Shown here: piece by piece, positions 52,461 through 64,000 of the stretch
Layout of the letters: every line of letters begins with the position of its first letter
Position numbering within the stretch: position 1 is the first letter of the stretch
Source of the DNA: Geosiphon pyriformis uo1
Lineage: Eukaryota; Fungi; Glomeromycota
Direction of reading: 5' to 3'
Length of the DNA: 64,000 bases
Assembly (NCBI GenBank): GCA_016748015.1
Contig: JAAOMT010000786.1
Coordinates: 372,705-436,704 of the forward strand
The notes under the pieces: model-generated
What the model saw: only the letters and a program-made list of their open reading frames with translations
Told to the model about the DNA's origin: nothing
Databases searched by the model: none
Position numbers and translations under genes: made by a program

Positions 52461-53252
52461 TGTTACAGTTCAAGAATTTAATAGAAATTATAAATAATAT
52501 AAATTAGCCAATTATGAAATAGCACAGCAACAATTTATAAAAAAAAACAATTTACAAATAACAGCAAGCACTATTTTACAATAGCAGCAAACACTATCAT
52601 ACAAAAGCAGCAAGCATTATTTAGAAATAATGGAAATAGAGTATTACAAGATGTTATTTTGTAAAACAATAATTATATATATATACAATAGTTTTTAATG
52701 ATAAAAAAGAACAGCTTCAACTCAAAGCAACAAATATCTAAATAAAATCTTATTCAAAAAGAATTAATAAAAATAATAAATTGAATAAACATCACAATTA
52801 TGAGATTAACAATAAAATTCACATACCCTCTCTAGTAAATGAAACTATTATTCCATCTTTGAACCCTTTAGAAAAATAATCTCTGATCAAGATTATTCAC
52901 GTGGTTACTAATTAAATTAAAAAAGCTTTATTATATACTTAGGGAAATCGCAAAAAGGCCATTAACATTCTGTGTTTCTAGATTAGAGAAACACATCAGG
53001 CAATTGCAAGGATAGCTTTAGAGAAGACCCCAGACAGTAGGTAGATTTCAGATTAGCCTCTGAGAAGAAGTACACAACATACAAAGACAACTAGAATTAA
53101 AGAGAAGACTTATATTACAACATTAAGAAAAAACCTTTAGTACATTATTATTAATATCCAACACATAAAAATCGAGAAATTCACAAAAGACTGATTGTAA
53201 TTAAAATGAGAGATCAACAATTAAAATATACCAAGAAAACACTCCCATAACA
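52461..53252 (+). mobile_element. Solo LTR, family D
   Basis: TGTTA...TAACA termini, perfect TSD ATGT, inserted within the LINE RT; start resembles 63673. Strand assignment tentative. Confidence 0.8.
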
Positions 53253-56200
53253 ATGTGTTTTTATTTTATTAAGTTTTTTGGAAGTATATGCAATAATAGG
53301 ATCAATTAAATAATAATAAATTTTAGGCTTATACTGTTTATAATAATCTAAATCAAAAAAAATTTTTTTTACCACTACTATAAAAAATTTTTTATGATTT
53401 TTTGCTTTGTAAGATTAAGAAACATAACAGTTTGTTTAGTTACAAATTGAATTCAAAGTTTATTATAAAAATTGGCAAGCAGAATTTTAAAAATAGCAAA
53501 ACATTTTTTCTAATAACTAGAACATTTATGACAATATAATCTAAATTAAGAATAGTATATCTGCTACTCAATATATCTTAAATATAACTAGTAAATTTTT
53601 TCAAATCAATGATATTTTAATTAATACAAATAAGACAATTATCATATTTATTAATTAAAAAATAAAAGTTTTTTGTTTATTAATAAGTGAATTAAATATT
53701 TCAATAACAAAAAAAAGTAAATTTTATAAATATTTGAATATTTTTTTGTTTACAAATAAATTTTTCAAATCAAATCTTACCAAAGCTTATTTGGATGTTA
53801 GATTTTTTATGAATTTGGTTTTAAGAAAGACTGTTTTAGACAAGGAATTTTTGTATCTGGTGTTTGCAGTTTTTTATTTTATAATTGATTACAGAATACA
53901 ATTTAGTTATGTATTAATAAGTATATATAAGAAGTAGAACAGAATATTAAGAAGAAGATTAAAGCTTAAGACCAATTTGCCTAAAAACTTTTTCAATAAA
54001 GCTATTTTTTATTCTAAGTTGTATAGTTTCAAGTTATTTGGACAGATATAAACTGAAAATCTGCTAGCTAATTTGGTTACTTTTGCCAATTTGGGAGAAG
54101 AGAAAAATTTTTAACAAATTATTTGAATATAAAGCTAAGAATTTACAGACTATTAGCTAAATATTCTAACATCTTTTTAGTTTTCTAGTTATATTATTTG
54201 TTAATTTAATAAACTGTTTTTTAACAAATGTAATCAACACTTTAATGTCATGTAATTTGCTTTTGGGTAATAATCTATCTAATATATTTTGGGCTGATAA
54301 TAGTGTTGCTGTTACTGATGTCCTGAATTTAAAAAATTATATGAATATGGTAAGATTATTAAAGAGATTTAGTATTGTTTTTGCTAATCTACTTTTGAAC
54401 TGTTATAATATGTGCTTTACATAAAACATATTTTACAGGTAAAAAAATTTTGATCTTAAAGATTTTGTTCTTGGTTGGTTTAGTTTGTTTGTTAAGTTTA
54501 TTGAAAAAAGTGGCTTGGTTGGTTATAGTGCTTTGGCTTTTTATTCTGCATCTATTAGCCACTTATATGATTTTAATATTGTTAAAAAGTGTCTGTTAAA
54601 AAATAAAACAGATGAGATAATTGTTTATATAGATGATTCAGTTAAAAATCTGGGTTCTGTAAGTACTTATAATAATATGGCTATATATATTTTGAACATT
54701 AACATAAATATAAAAATAAAAGTATATGGTTTGTTCTTCTCAATTCTAATAAAACTATAGACTATTGTGCTTATATTAGAATGTGTTCTTATGTCTAACT
54801 TGGTTGTGTTGTTTATAAATAGTCAAGCATTGTTAAATATTTGTATTTTAAATAAGAAATGTATTAGTTCTGATTTTTACAATAAATGTTAAATAGAAAA
54901 AAAACATATTTATTAGACTATTGTATTAAAAAATCTGTCAGTTAATTGAAATAAGATCAAAAGTTACTCTGGAATTGTTGACAATAAATATGTAAACTTT
55001 TTTGCTAATGCTGTTACTATATCTAATTTTACAATGCCTGCTTAAGTGCTATGCTGTTTTTTTGCTGTTAAAAAAAATTTGTTTCTGAGAATATCTATTA
55101 CTTCATTAAATATTTGTTTAAGACTATTAATATTGTCAGCTAAGAATTCAAATGTGTTGATAGTACTGTAAATATAATATTATACAGTCTCTTTGATATG
55201 TGTAAAACTTTTAACTCTTAATAATTATATTAGATTTGGTTTTATTAGCTATGTTTTTGTAATACTTTAATCTTATTTTATGAAAATTTTGCATTATTAT
55301 TTGCCTATAGCCAAAAAAAAAAGACTGTATAATTCAAGTTATTTTAGTATATTATGTATCTGGTATAAGTTAATTAAAAATTCTAATTGCATATTTTTGT
55401 GTATTTATGATGATTATATTAAAAAAAACCTGATCTTAAACATTATTTAAGTGTAAACTAATTTGTTGAATACTTATATTGTTAATTATAAAGTGGTTCA
55501 GTTTCTGTATAAGACAAAGTCTTTTGGTTATTTATATATATTGTTGGTTAAAGGCTTTGTATTGAAAAAATGAGTAACTAACACAATAAAATTATTGGGT
55601 ATTAGATCTAATAGTAGCATGTTGATTATTAATTTGGTTTGAATTTTTGCTGAAGATTACAGATCTCTCATATAATTATTAAGTACAAAACTAAAAACAC
55701 ATTACAAAAAATATAATCTTCTGTTTTATAATAAATTAGTTGTTTTATTTGTTTCAAATTTATTGTTTTTATGGACTTTTAAAATAATTCATAATTTTAA
55801 CATTAAGTTGAATATGCATATTTGTTTTAAGTTGTATCTTTTTTTGTTTAGTGTATATTTTGGTTTTATGTAAGATTTTTTTGTAATAAGTAGTTTAGAT
55901 AAATAGTATTGCTTTAATTGGCTTAAGTAACTAGTTATATATAGAAAAAATATAAGTCATACTTAATTTAGAATCTTTTATAATTGTATGTTTTTAGGTA
56001 ATAGTTAAATTATACTCATAAAACTTAATAATAATAAAAATATATTTGTTTAAAATAAGTTTTTTTTGTTAAAATTAATTTAAATAATTAGTTATATATA
56101 AAAAATATATAAATTATATATTATAATTAATAATTAGACTTTTAAAAGTCTTAAAACTAATTGTAAACTTAAAAACCAATTTTAAAAAATAAAAAAATTA

Positions 56201-56531
56201 ATTTTATATTCAAAAACCAAATAATTTAAATCTTAATATCTAAAACAGTATTAATAATTTTAATTTTAATATTAATATTATTTAATTTAATTTGAAAATT
56301 AAAAACAATAACAGCATATTTTAATTATTAAATAAAATTAAAAAACTAAAAAATAAAATAAATATAATTATATTTAAAACCAATATATTTATTAATAAAC
56401 AAAAACAGTATTTAAAAACACATATAATTTAAAATATATATTATTATTATTGTTTAATAAACTTTATTTTTATTTTTTATTTAATTAGTTTAATTTTTAA
56501 AATTAAAAAATTTAATAGATTAATTAATTAA

Positions 56532-56625
56532 CATTTAGCGAGTGCAGTCCAACCACTATCTAAGTACATAAAATCAAATAAAATTCTAAATTAAGCGCGG
56601 CTCATGTACTTTCTACATATAACAA
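56532..56625 (-). mobile_element. Isolated LINE 3' UTR copy retaining CpGs
   Basis: Reverse complement ATGTAGAAAGTACATGAGCCGCGCTTAATTT...TATGTACTTAGATAGTGGTTGGACTGCACTCGCTAAATG aligns with 26110-26198. Confidence 0.85.
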
Positions 56626-58059
56626 CATTAAAAATTAATTAGTTTGAATTAAAAAATAAAAAAAAATTGCTTTTTTGTTTTATTAATTACTTAAATAAAT
56701 ATATAAAAAAATTGTAAAAAAATAATAATTTTATTATTAACTTGTTATTAAAGATTATTAAATTTAATTTTAATTGACTATTTAAAAAAACTCTAAATAA
56801 AAAAATACTTTTATTTAAAGCCAAAAACTTTAAATAAAATAAAGTTTTATTAATAACCAAAAACTGTTATTACAAATAATTTTTATTTTATAATATTATT
56901 AAATTCTAAAATATTTAAAAATTTTTATAAATTTTTTTATAAAAAACTGAATTTTGTTTTACAAAATTAAAATAATAATTATTTATTTACATAATTTACA
57001 ATTTTAAATTCTAATTATATATTTATAAATATAAATTTTTGTTTTTTAAAATTAACTAAAAATTTTTTTAAAACTATTTAAAAAATTTTATTTTTATTTT
57101 ATATTTATACATATATTTATTTTAAATTATTTATAATCTCAATTTTAACATATATCTGTTTAAAAAATTAAATTTAATCTAAAAGAATATTTTATTAATA
57201 ATTATAATTAAAAACCATAAATTTAAAATATTAATAAATAAATACAAATAGTATTTATTAATAGTTAAAAATAAATTATGATATTAAATTAAAATATTTA
57301 TTGAAATATAAAAAAATAATTTTTTAATCTTTAATAATTTTTTTTATTCGTTAAAACTACTGTATATATTATAAAAAATAGAAGATTTTTTTTATTTACA
57401 AATTATTTTAAAATTTTTATGTAAATATAATTTAATTATAAATTAAAATATATATATAATAAAAATTAAAAATATATTTTTATAAATACAATTAAAATTC
57501 AGAATAAAAAACAATCTTTATTTTCTTATAATTTTAATAATATAACTATTTAAAAAGTTTTTTAATAATAAAAACAACTAAAATAATATTTATTAAAAAC
57601 AGTTTTAATAATAATATTATTATTATAATAAAAAAGTTTAAATTATAAATTATAAATTAATAGCGAAATTTTTTTTCAAGTAGTTTTTATTATTATTATT
57701 ATTATTTAAATAACCAATTTTTTTTAAAAAACACTCACTAATTTTTTTAAATTACTTAAAAATAATAATATTAGTATTTTTTAAAATTAAAGTTTTTTTT
57801 TGGTAAAAATAAAACATTAAATTTTTTGGTATTTTTATAAATTAATATTAATTATAATACTTAATTTTATTTTGGTTATAAACAATATTTTTTTGTTTTA
57901 AATAATAATAAAAATAATAACATATTTATTAAATTTAACTTAAATTAATAATTAGTTGTATTATTTAATATAATAAATTTAATTAATTATTACTGGTTTT
58001 AAAATAAACTTTTTTAATTAAATTATTTAATTATTTAATTTTAAATACAATAAAAACTA

Positions 58060-59630
58060 AAACATTTTTTTTTAAAAAATATTAATAGTAAAAAGCTGTT
58101 TTTAGTAAATTTTAAAGCATTTTTTTTACTTTTAACTAATAGTTTTTTTTTAATTGAAGTTTTTTTTAAAAAACACAGTCAGATTAGTTTTAGTATTGTT
58201 TTTATTCTTTTTAAAAGTCTTAAAATCTTTAATAATAAGCAAATTAATAAGCTAGTTTTTATTATTTTATTAATAATAATAATATTATTATTTTATAAAT
58301 AGCCAAAAAGATTAAAGACTCAAAAAACAATAGTAGTCACTTGTATTTGCTATTATTATACTAAATTTTTTTGTAGTTCCAAATAAAATTTTAGAAAAAA
58401 TCTTTTTAATAATAATTAGCTTTTTTTAATATAAATAATAATAATGATAACTTATCTTTTAAGATAAATTAAAATTAATTATTAGTTATATTGTCAAATA
58501 TAATGTTTTTTAACAAATCATTACTAGTTTAAAAGTAAAACAAGTTATTAATTTACTTAATCTTAAGAATTAAATTAATTAAATAGAAATTAAATTAATT
58601 TTGTTTTCTTTGTTTTTTAATATTGTTTTTAATAATATCAGAAAAATAATTTTCAATTATTAAAAAATTTTTAAATAGATAACTTTTATTTTAATGCTTA
58701 GTATTATATTTAAAATCAAATTGGTTTTGATTAATTTTTTGATCAAGTTATTATTTAGTTTTATTAAATTCAAGTTAAATTTAAAAAAAAAATATTGTTT
58801 TTAATAATACTTAAAAAACAATTTAATTTTATGACCATAACCAGAGCAAAGAGTAAAAAAGCTATACCTGATATCTTTCCTGAGATATCTAATAAGATTT
58901 CAATCAAAAGAGTTCTCTCTGTTATAGAAGGAATTAGGCAAAACGTTTTAGAAGCATTTTTTTTACTTAATAATTATAAAAAGCTGTTTTTGGTAACTAC
59001 TAAAACAATTTTTTCATCTTTGGCTGGTGTTTTACTGGTCAAAGTTCCCTCTAAGAGACACACTTAAGTTAGTCTCAGTGTTGTCTTCACTCCTACTAAG
59101 AACCCAAAAGTGTTTAATAATAGACCAGTTAATAAGTTGGTATTCTCCTCCATAGCATTAATGTCTGGTGCTTCTAGCATCTCTTCTTTAAAGAAAATGA
59201 TCAAAAAAACCAAAGGTTCAGAAAAGTGGAAGCAGTTATTTGCCTCTGCTATTATTACACCAAACCTCTTTGTGGTTCCAAATGAGATCTTAGATGAGAT
59301 TTTCATAGCATTATCTAGCATATTGTCCAAGATGGGCCAAGATTAGCCACCAGCTGTATTGCCAAATGTGGTGTCTTCTGGCAAATTATTGCTAGTTTTA
59401 GAAGCAAAGCAATTTCTTCTTGTTGAGTCACCTGTTCTTGAGAACTGGATTGACCAGATGAAAACTGAATTATTCTTTCCTCTGGTTTCTGGTGCTGCCA
59501 CTGGTGGTACTTGGAAAACTATTATTAATTATCAAAGATTTGCTGAATGAATAGTCTTTACTCTGGTATCTGGTGCTATTTTTAAAATCAAATTGGCTTA
59601 TATTAAGACTGTTTTTTAGTCAGTACATGG
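58060..59630 (+). mobile_element. Two tandem LINE ORF1 5' fragments (older ~58060-58790; younger from ATG 58831), cut by a Gypsy insertion
   Basis: KSLKIFNNKQINKLVF (~58213) vs KNPKVFNNRPVNKLVF (~59100); the FKIKL motif is shared with the 26223/32087 LINE. Confidence 0.7.
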
Positions 59631-62600
59631 TGTTACAGGTGATTATTTCTGTTGTGAAATTGAATAACAAACCCATAACTTGGTGCTTAAAAGCTACTTT
59701 CGTGGATAATGTGCAGAAAGTATAGTATCTGAAGGTTTTGTTGTGGAGTTCTTTGTATAATGAACAGAGATTCAATAAGGTTGATAGTGGTTGTATCCTT
59801 AAGTGGTTTTCCCAATTTCTTTTTCAGCATAGTGGCCGGATTTAGTCTGGCAGTCGTGCCCTTCTGGTAAGCTATCCGATAATATATATAAAATCCTACT
59901 CTTATTTCTGGGTCTTTTACCAGGCTATCCTTGACGTCAATAACTTAGCGCTTAATCTTTTAATCAATTAGTATACAATAACAAAATCAAAAAAAGAAAG
60001 AAAATAAAATAAAAAAAATAAAAATAAAGAAAATAAAGAAAATAAGCCAAGGCAATTTGGTCTATTAGTATCTCATCAATAGCCATGATCAAGAGCTATT
60101 GTTCCAGCGTGGTTAAGTAGCAATTACTATCAACATGAAGTGTTGATAGTGAATAGTGGATTGAGATATGGAATAATTATTTATTTGATGATTGGGTTCT
60201 TGGCTAAGGATTCTGTGGTATTGATTCTGTCTTTTCTGTTTCTAACACTATTGCTATATATACATAATTGGGATTCCTCAATTCCTCGATTTTTTATGAC
60301 AGGAATCTTGGAATTCCTGGAATCCTGTGATTCCTTTGAGAGGAATCCTGGAATTCTGGAATCCTGCAATTTTTCATTGGGAATTCTGAAATTCCTGGAA
60401 TCCTGTAATTCCTAAGAGAAATCCTGGAATTCCACATTTACTATGCTTACTTCTGATTGGCTAATAAATATGCTAATATATTTCCTATATTTCTATGAGT
60501 AACATTATTCCCTCCTTTTAATATTGAGCTTTATCGAAATCTAACTCATGTAATTCCCCCTCTTAAAGTATTTTCTGGATTTTGTTTTCAAGAATTACTT
60601 GTGTTATTTGGGTCTGTAATTCTTCAAATTGAGCATTGGTGATTTTTCCTAATTGATTACTGGTAATTCTATTCATTGCTTTATTAAGCAATATTTTTTG
60701 TTTATCTTGAAATACTGTGTGTATTCGGTATATGGCTCAGGCTTGTGTGGATAAGTTGTTCTTTCCCACAAAATGTTCTAATTGTTGTAGTATTTTTTTG
60801 TCAAATAATTGCTTTGTTTTATCTGTATATAGATTCTGGATATTTATGTATTGTCCCAAGTAAAAATAACAATAGTTTCGTGGAAATTGTTGTATCCACT
60901 AATTCCAAGTTTCTTTAGTCAATTTTTGATATAGTGACTCTTTTGTCAATTCTTTTATTGTTAATTTTACTTTCGCCATGATTTTGTCCACAGTATTTTC
61001 AGTTTTCTTCTGTGTTCTGAGTTGAAATGTCTTTCTAGTATCTTGATATCGAATGGTTTGTTGATTGATTGTAATCTCCATTTCTTGGTGTTGGATTAAT
61101 TAAAAAAGTTGTTGTGCTAGTAAGTAAATGTTGTCTGTAATTTCCATTTTTCTGATATTTTCTGTTGCGTTTATCATGTCTTTATATATTCTTTTGATGG
61201 ATCAATTTAACGTGTTGTTGTTGATAATAATAATTGGTTCCAGATCTCGTGGAATCTCATCTGGTTGGACTAATATTCTCTGTACTCCTAATTGTGGAAT
61301 ATTACTGGTAAATGGTAGTGTGATGTTGTGATATGGTTTTAGTTGATTTTTATGTGCTGCTTTGGTTAAAATTTTGTTATCCAATCTTAATTTGTAAGCT
61401 CTATTTCCTAGAATTTCTTCTATGTGAAATGGTCCATCCCATTTGGGGTCAAATTTTCCACTTCATTGTTTTTTCACTTTGGTATGATATAGTAATACTT
61501 TGTCTTTAATCTTGAATTTAACTGGTTTGTTTGGTAGTTGACTATCGTGTTTTTCTTTCTGTGTTTCTTGTGACTTTTGGATATTATCAGCTGCTCTTCT
61601 TCATTTATTTTCTAATGTTTTTATCAAGTCATATGTTCTTTTCAGCAATGTTTCTTGAAAATTTTTCTTTGTTATTGGTTCAGCTGGATATGTATTAATT
61701 TCTCTTTCTATTGGTAATGTTGCTATTCTCCCATATACTAATTCAAATGGTGTTGCTTATGTAGTATCCTGTTTTGTTGTCCGATAAGCAAATAGTACTG
61801 ATGGTATGAACAAATTCCAATCGTTCTGGTTTTCTTGACTGAGCTTGGCTATTGCTTTACACAATGTTCTGTTGAATCTTTCTACTAATCCGTTGGTTTG
61901 TGGATGGTATGGTGATAATAATGGTCTCTTGATTCCAAATCTTTGGCTCAATTCTGTTAATGTTTTGTTCACAAAATGAGTTCCTTGGTCTGATAATAAT
62001 TTTTTTAGACATCCATGTCGACAAATCAAATCCTAATGAACAAATTTGGCAACGGATTTTGCATCTGCTCTTTGAATTGCTTTTGCCTCTGGCCATTTAG
62101 TAAGATAGTCCATAGCTACTGCTATGTATCTGTTTCCTCTGCTGGTGATTGTTAATAATCCGACTAAATTAATTTCTATACGGTCAAATAGTTGTCCCAC
62201 TTTGATTGGTCTTAATGGTTCACTGGGTTTTGTTCCTCCTCTTCACTAACAAGCATCACAATTTTGAACATATTGAATAATGTCTGGGTACATTGATGGC
62301 CAATAGTATTTTTTTTTAGTTCTTTCCATGGTTGCTTCTTTGTGAAAATGTCCTGCTGTTAGATTTGAGTGCATATTGAATAATATTGTCTCTTTTTCTG
62401 GCTCCGTAATTACTCTGGTTGGTTGATCTGGATCCTTTCTATTTTTCCGATAAAGTATATTTTGGTGAGTGATAAAATATTTTGATTGTTGTTTGATACT
62501 TTTTCATTCCGTATGAGATAAATTCTCTTTGAACTGTTGAGTGTTTAGATAATGTTGCAATTGTTGATATTTTTGTATGTTCATCTTTTGTTGTATTTTT

Positions 62601-63672
62601 CCATTGGTATTGTTCTGGTTTTATTATATTTTTGGGTTAAAATGTTCTTAGATTTGTCTTATTCGTAATAAACCGTCAGCATTTTCATTGTCTTTTCTCT
62701 TTTTGTAATATATAGTATAATTATATGGTGCAAGTGCCATTTTCCATCTTGACTGTCTTCCATCTCCAAATTCTTGTTTTTGGAGTGATGTTAATCCCTT
62801 GTGATCTGTGTATACTTCAAACTTCTGGCTCAAGTATTCTTTCTATTTCATAATGGCCCAGTATATTGCTAAGTGTTCTTGTTTCGGTGTTCCATAGTTC
62901 TTTTCGGCTGGTGTTAAGTCTCTGCTGGCATATGCTACTAAATGTTCTTTGCTGTCCAGTTCTCTCTGAGATAATACTGCTCCCAATGCTTGGTCGGATG
63001 CATCAGTGATAATAATGAATGGTTTGCTGTAATCTGGATAGATCAGTACTAGAGCTTGGATGAGCTTTTTCCTCAGAATATCAAAAGCTTCTTGTTGACT
63101 TTCTGTCCATTCATATTTCGCATTTTTGTTTTGCAGTTGATTGAGTGGCTGTGCTATCTTGGAAAAGTTCTTGATAAAATGATGATAATAACTGGTGAAT
63201 CCCAAGAATGATTTCAGTTCTGTTATATTGGTCAGCACTGGAAAGTTCTTTACTATCTTTATTTTCTTTGGATCCGTTTTGATGCCGTCTTTGCTGACTA
63301 TGTGTTCCAATAATTTGAGTTCTGTCTTGTCAAAGAAGCACTTTGTCGCATTTAACTTTAGTCCTGCTCTTCTTAGTCTTTCGAACACTTGTTGAAGATG
63401 ATGAAGATAATCATTAAATGTCTTTGAGAATACATTGGTGTCATCCAAGTATACAACTACTGATTTCCACAATAAACTAGTATAAACAATTTCCATTAGC
63501 CATTGGAAAGTTGTTGGGGCATTGGTTAAGCTGAATGACATCACTTTAAATTCGAGATTCTCTTCTCTAGTAGTAAATGCCGTCTTCTCTTTGTCAGCTG
63601 AATTCATGGCTACTTGCCAGTAACCACTGTTCAAATCTAATGTGGAGAACCATTTGTTTTCACCAAAAGCAT
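59631..63672 (-). mobile_element. Gypsy family A element, 3' part (RT, RH, IN, ORF3, 3' LTR); continues beyond the inserted LTR and window end
   Basis: LTR 59631-60504; PPT AAAAGGAGGGAATAA; LDLNSGYWQ, VYLDD, TDASD, SDQG, YHPQTNGLVERFN, WDGPF. Confidence 0.93.
60518..61147 (-). pseudogene. ORF3 of family A Gypsy (unknown ~210 aa protein)
   Basis: Manual translation MEITDNIYLLAQQLF*LIQHQEMEITINQQTIRY...NYCYFYLGQYI...STQA*AIYRIHTVF...ILLN...QLGKITNAQFEELQTQITQVIL; one frame throughout. Confidence 0.75.
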
Positions 63673-64000
63673 TGTTATGGTTTAAGAATTTAGCAAAAAT
63701 AATCATAAAAATAATACAAACTATTCAATCATAATATAGCACAGTAATAATCTTAGAAAGGTAATAATTAACATAGTAGCAAACACCATCTCGCAATAGT
63801 GGCAAGCACCAGTTTACAATAGCAGCCAACACCAACTGGTGATAACAGCAAACACCAGGTTGAAATATCAAAAAGAAAGTATTTTCTCGTAGAACTACAA
63901 ACATGTATATATACAGTAGTTTTAATATTGGGAAAGAATCAATCAAGTAATAAAAATCATAACTTATCAAATCATACTTTCAAATTAAATATCCCAAGAA
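63673..64000 (+). mobile_element. LTR (family D-like) inserted into the Gypsy RT; runs off the window
   Basis: TGTTATGGTTTAAGAATTTA resembles 52461 TGTTACAGTTCAAGAATTTA; RT homology stops abruptly at AFGENKWF. Confidence 0.7.

Larger units (their letters stand above)
26223..56040 (+). mobile_element. Old, very AT-shifted LINE split into pieces by nested insertions
   Basis: ORF1 TLM|LNLIFKIKL spans 26266/32087; ORF2 KLWFNNFECSKNKQSSKFSKLELLVTKIVK (~34730-34820) resumes as KKYYKSK after 51541; RIKM|CFYFIKFF spans the 52.5-53.2 kb LTR; RNase H IVYIDDS at ~54620; 3' UTR and tail at ~55910-56040. Confidence 0.82.

Noticed and set aside
59560-59631. Site-specific Gypsy targeting of LINE ORF1 (insertions at 26267 and 59631 in homologous regions)
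   Set aside because: The sites are about 60 bp apart in homologous coordinates and involve different LTR families; two events are compatible with chance.
60280-60430. CRISPR-like array in the GGAATTCC repeats
   Set aside because: Short, irregular, degenerate repeats inside eukaryotic LTRs, with no unique spacers and no cas genes.
61202-61204. Stop read-through fusing pol to ORF3
   Set aside because: ORF3 is in frame after the TGA in this copy, but appears to be in a different frame in the 36.7 kb copy. ORF3 also has its own start at the homologous position in both families, so a separate ORF is the simpler reading.
62843-63706. 287-aa ORF as an intact RT gene
   Set aside because: Its N-terminus (MIIFAKFLNHN) comes from the LTR inserted at 63673; the rest is a stop-bounded fragment of a pseudogenised pol.

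Overview
AT-rich eukaryotic (fungal) DNA. The TE families, the MATA-type HMG gene and the AT-rich introns suggest Glomeromycotina, Geosiphon-like; this is an inference. One intact host gene, a MATA/SOX-type HMG-box transcription factor (16700-18340), lies in a ~9 kb island that keeps its CpGs and is rich in microsatellites. The rest is mostly nested, transition-mutated transposons: LINEs with APE, RT and RNase H; Ty3/Gypsy elements of two main LTR families plus solo LTRs; a hAT-type non-autonomous element; and a TIR DNA transposon. Most boundaries are fixed by TSDs read directly from the sequence. Main observations: (1) an unannotated third ORF lies between integrase and the 3' LTR and is homologous across two Gypsy families whose LTRs do not align; (2) a non-autonomous Gypsy lost RT/RH/IN-core by an in-frame deletion but kept Gag, PR and ORF3; (3) a dUTPase and a Zn-finger module sit between PR and RT; (4) TEs are nested five levels deep and show RIP-like C>T/G>A decay; (5) a structured LINE 3' UTR copy has kept its CpGs in an extremely AT-rich tract.
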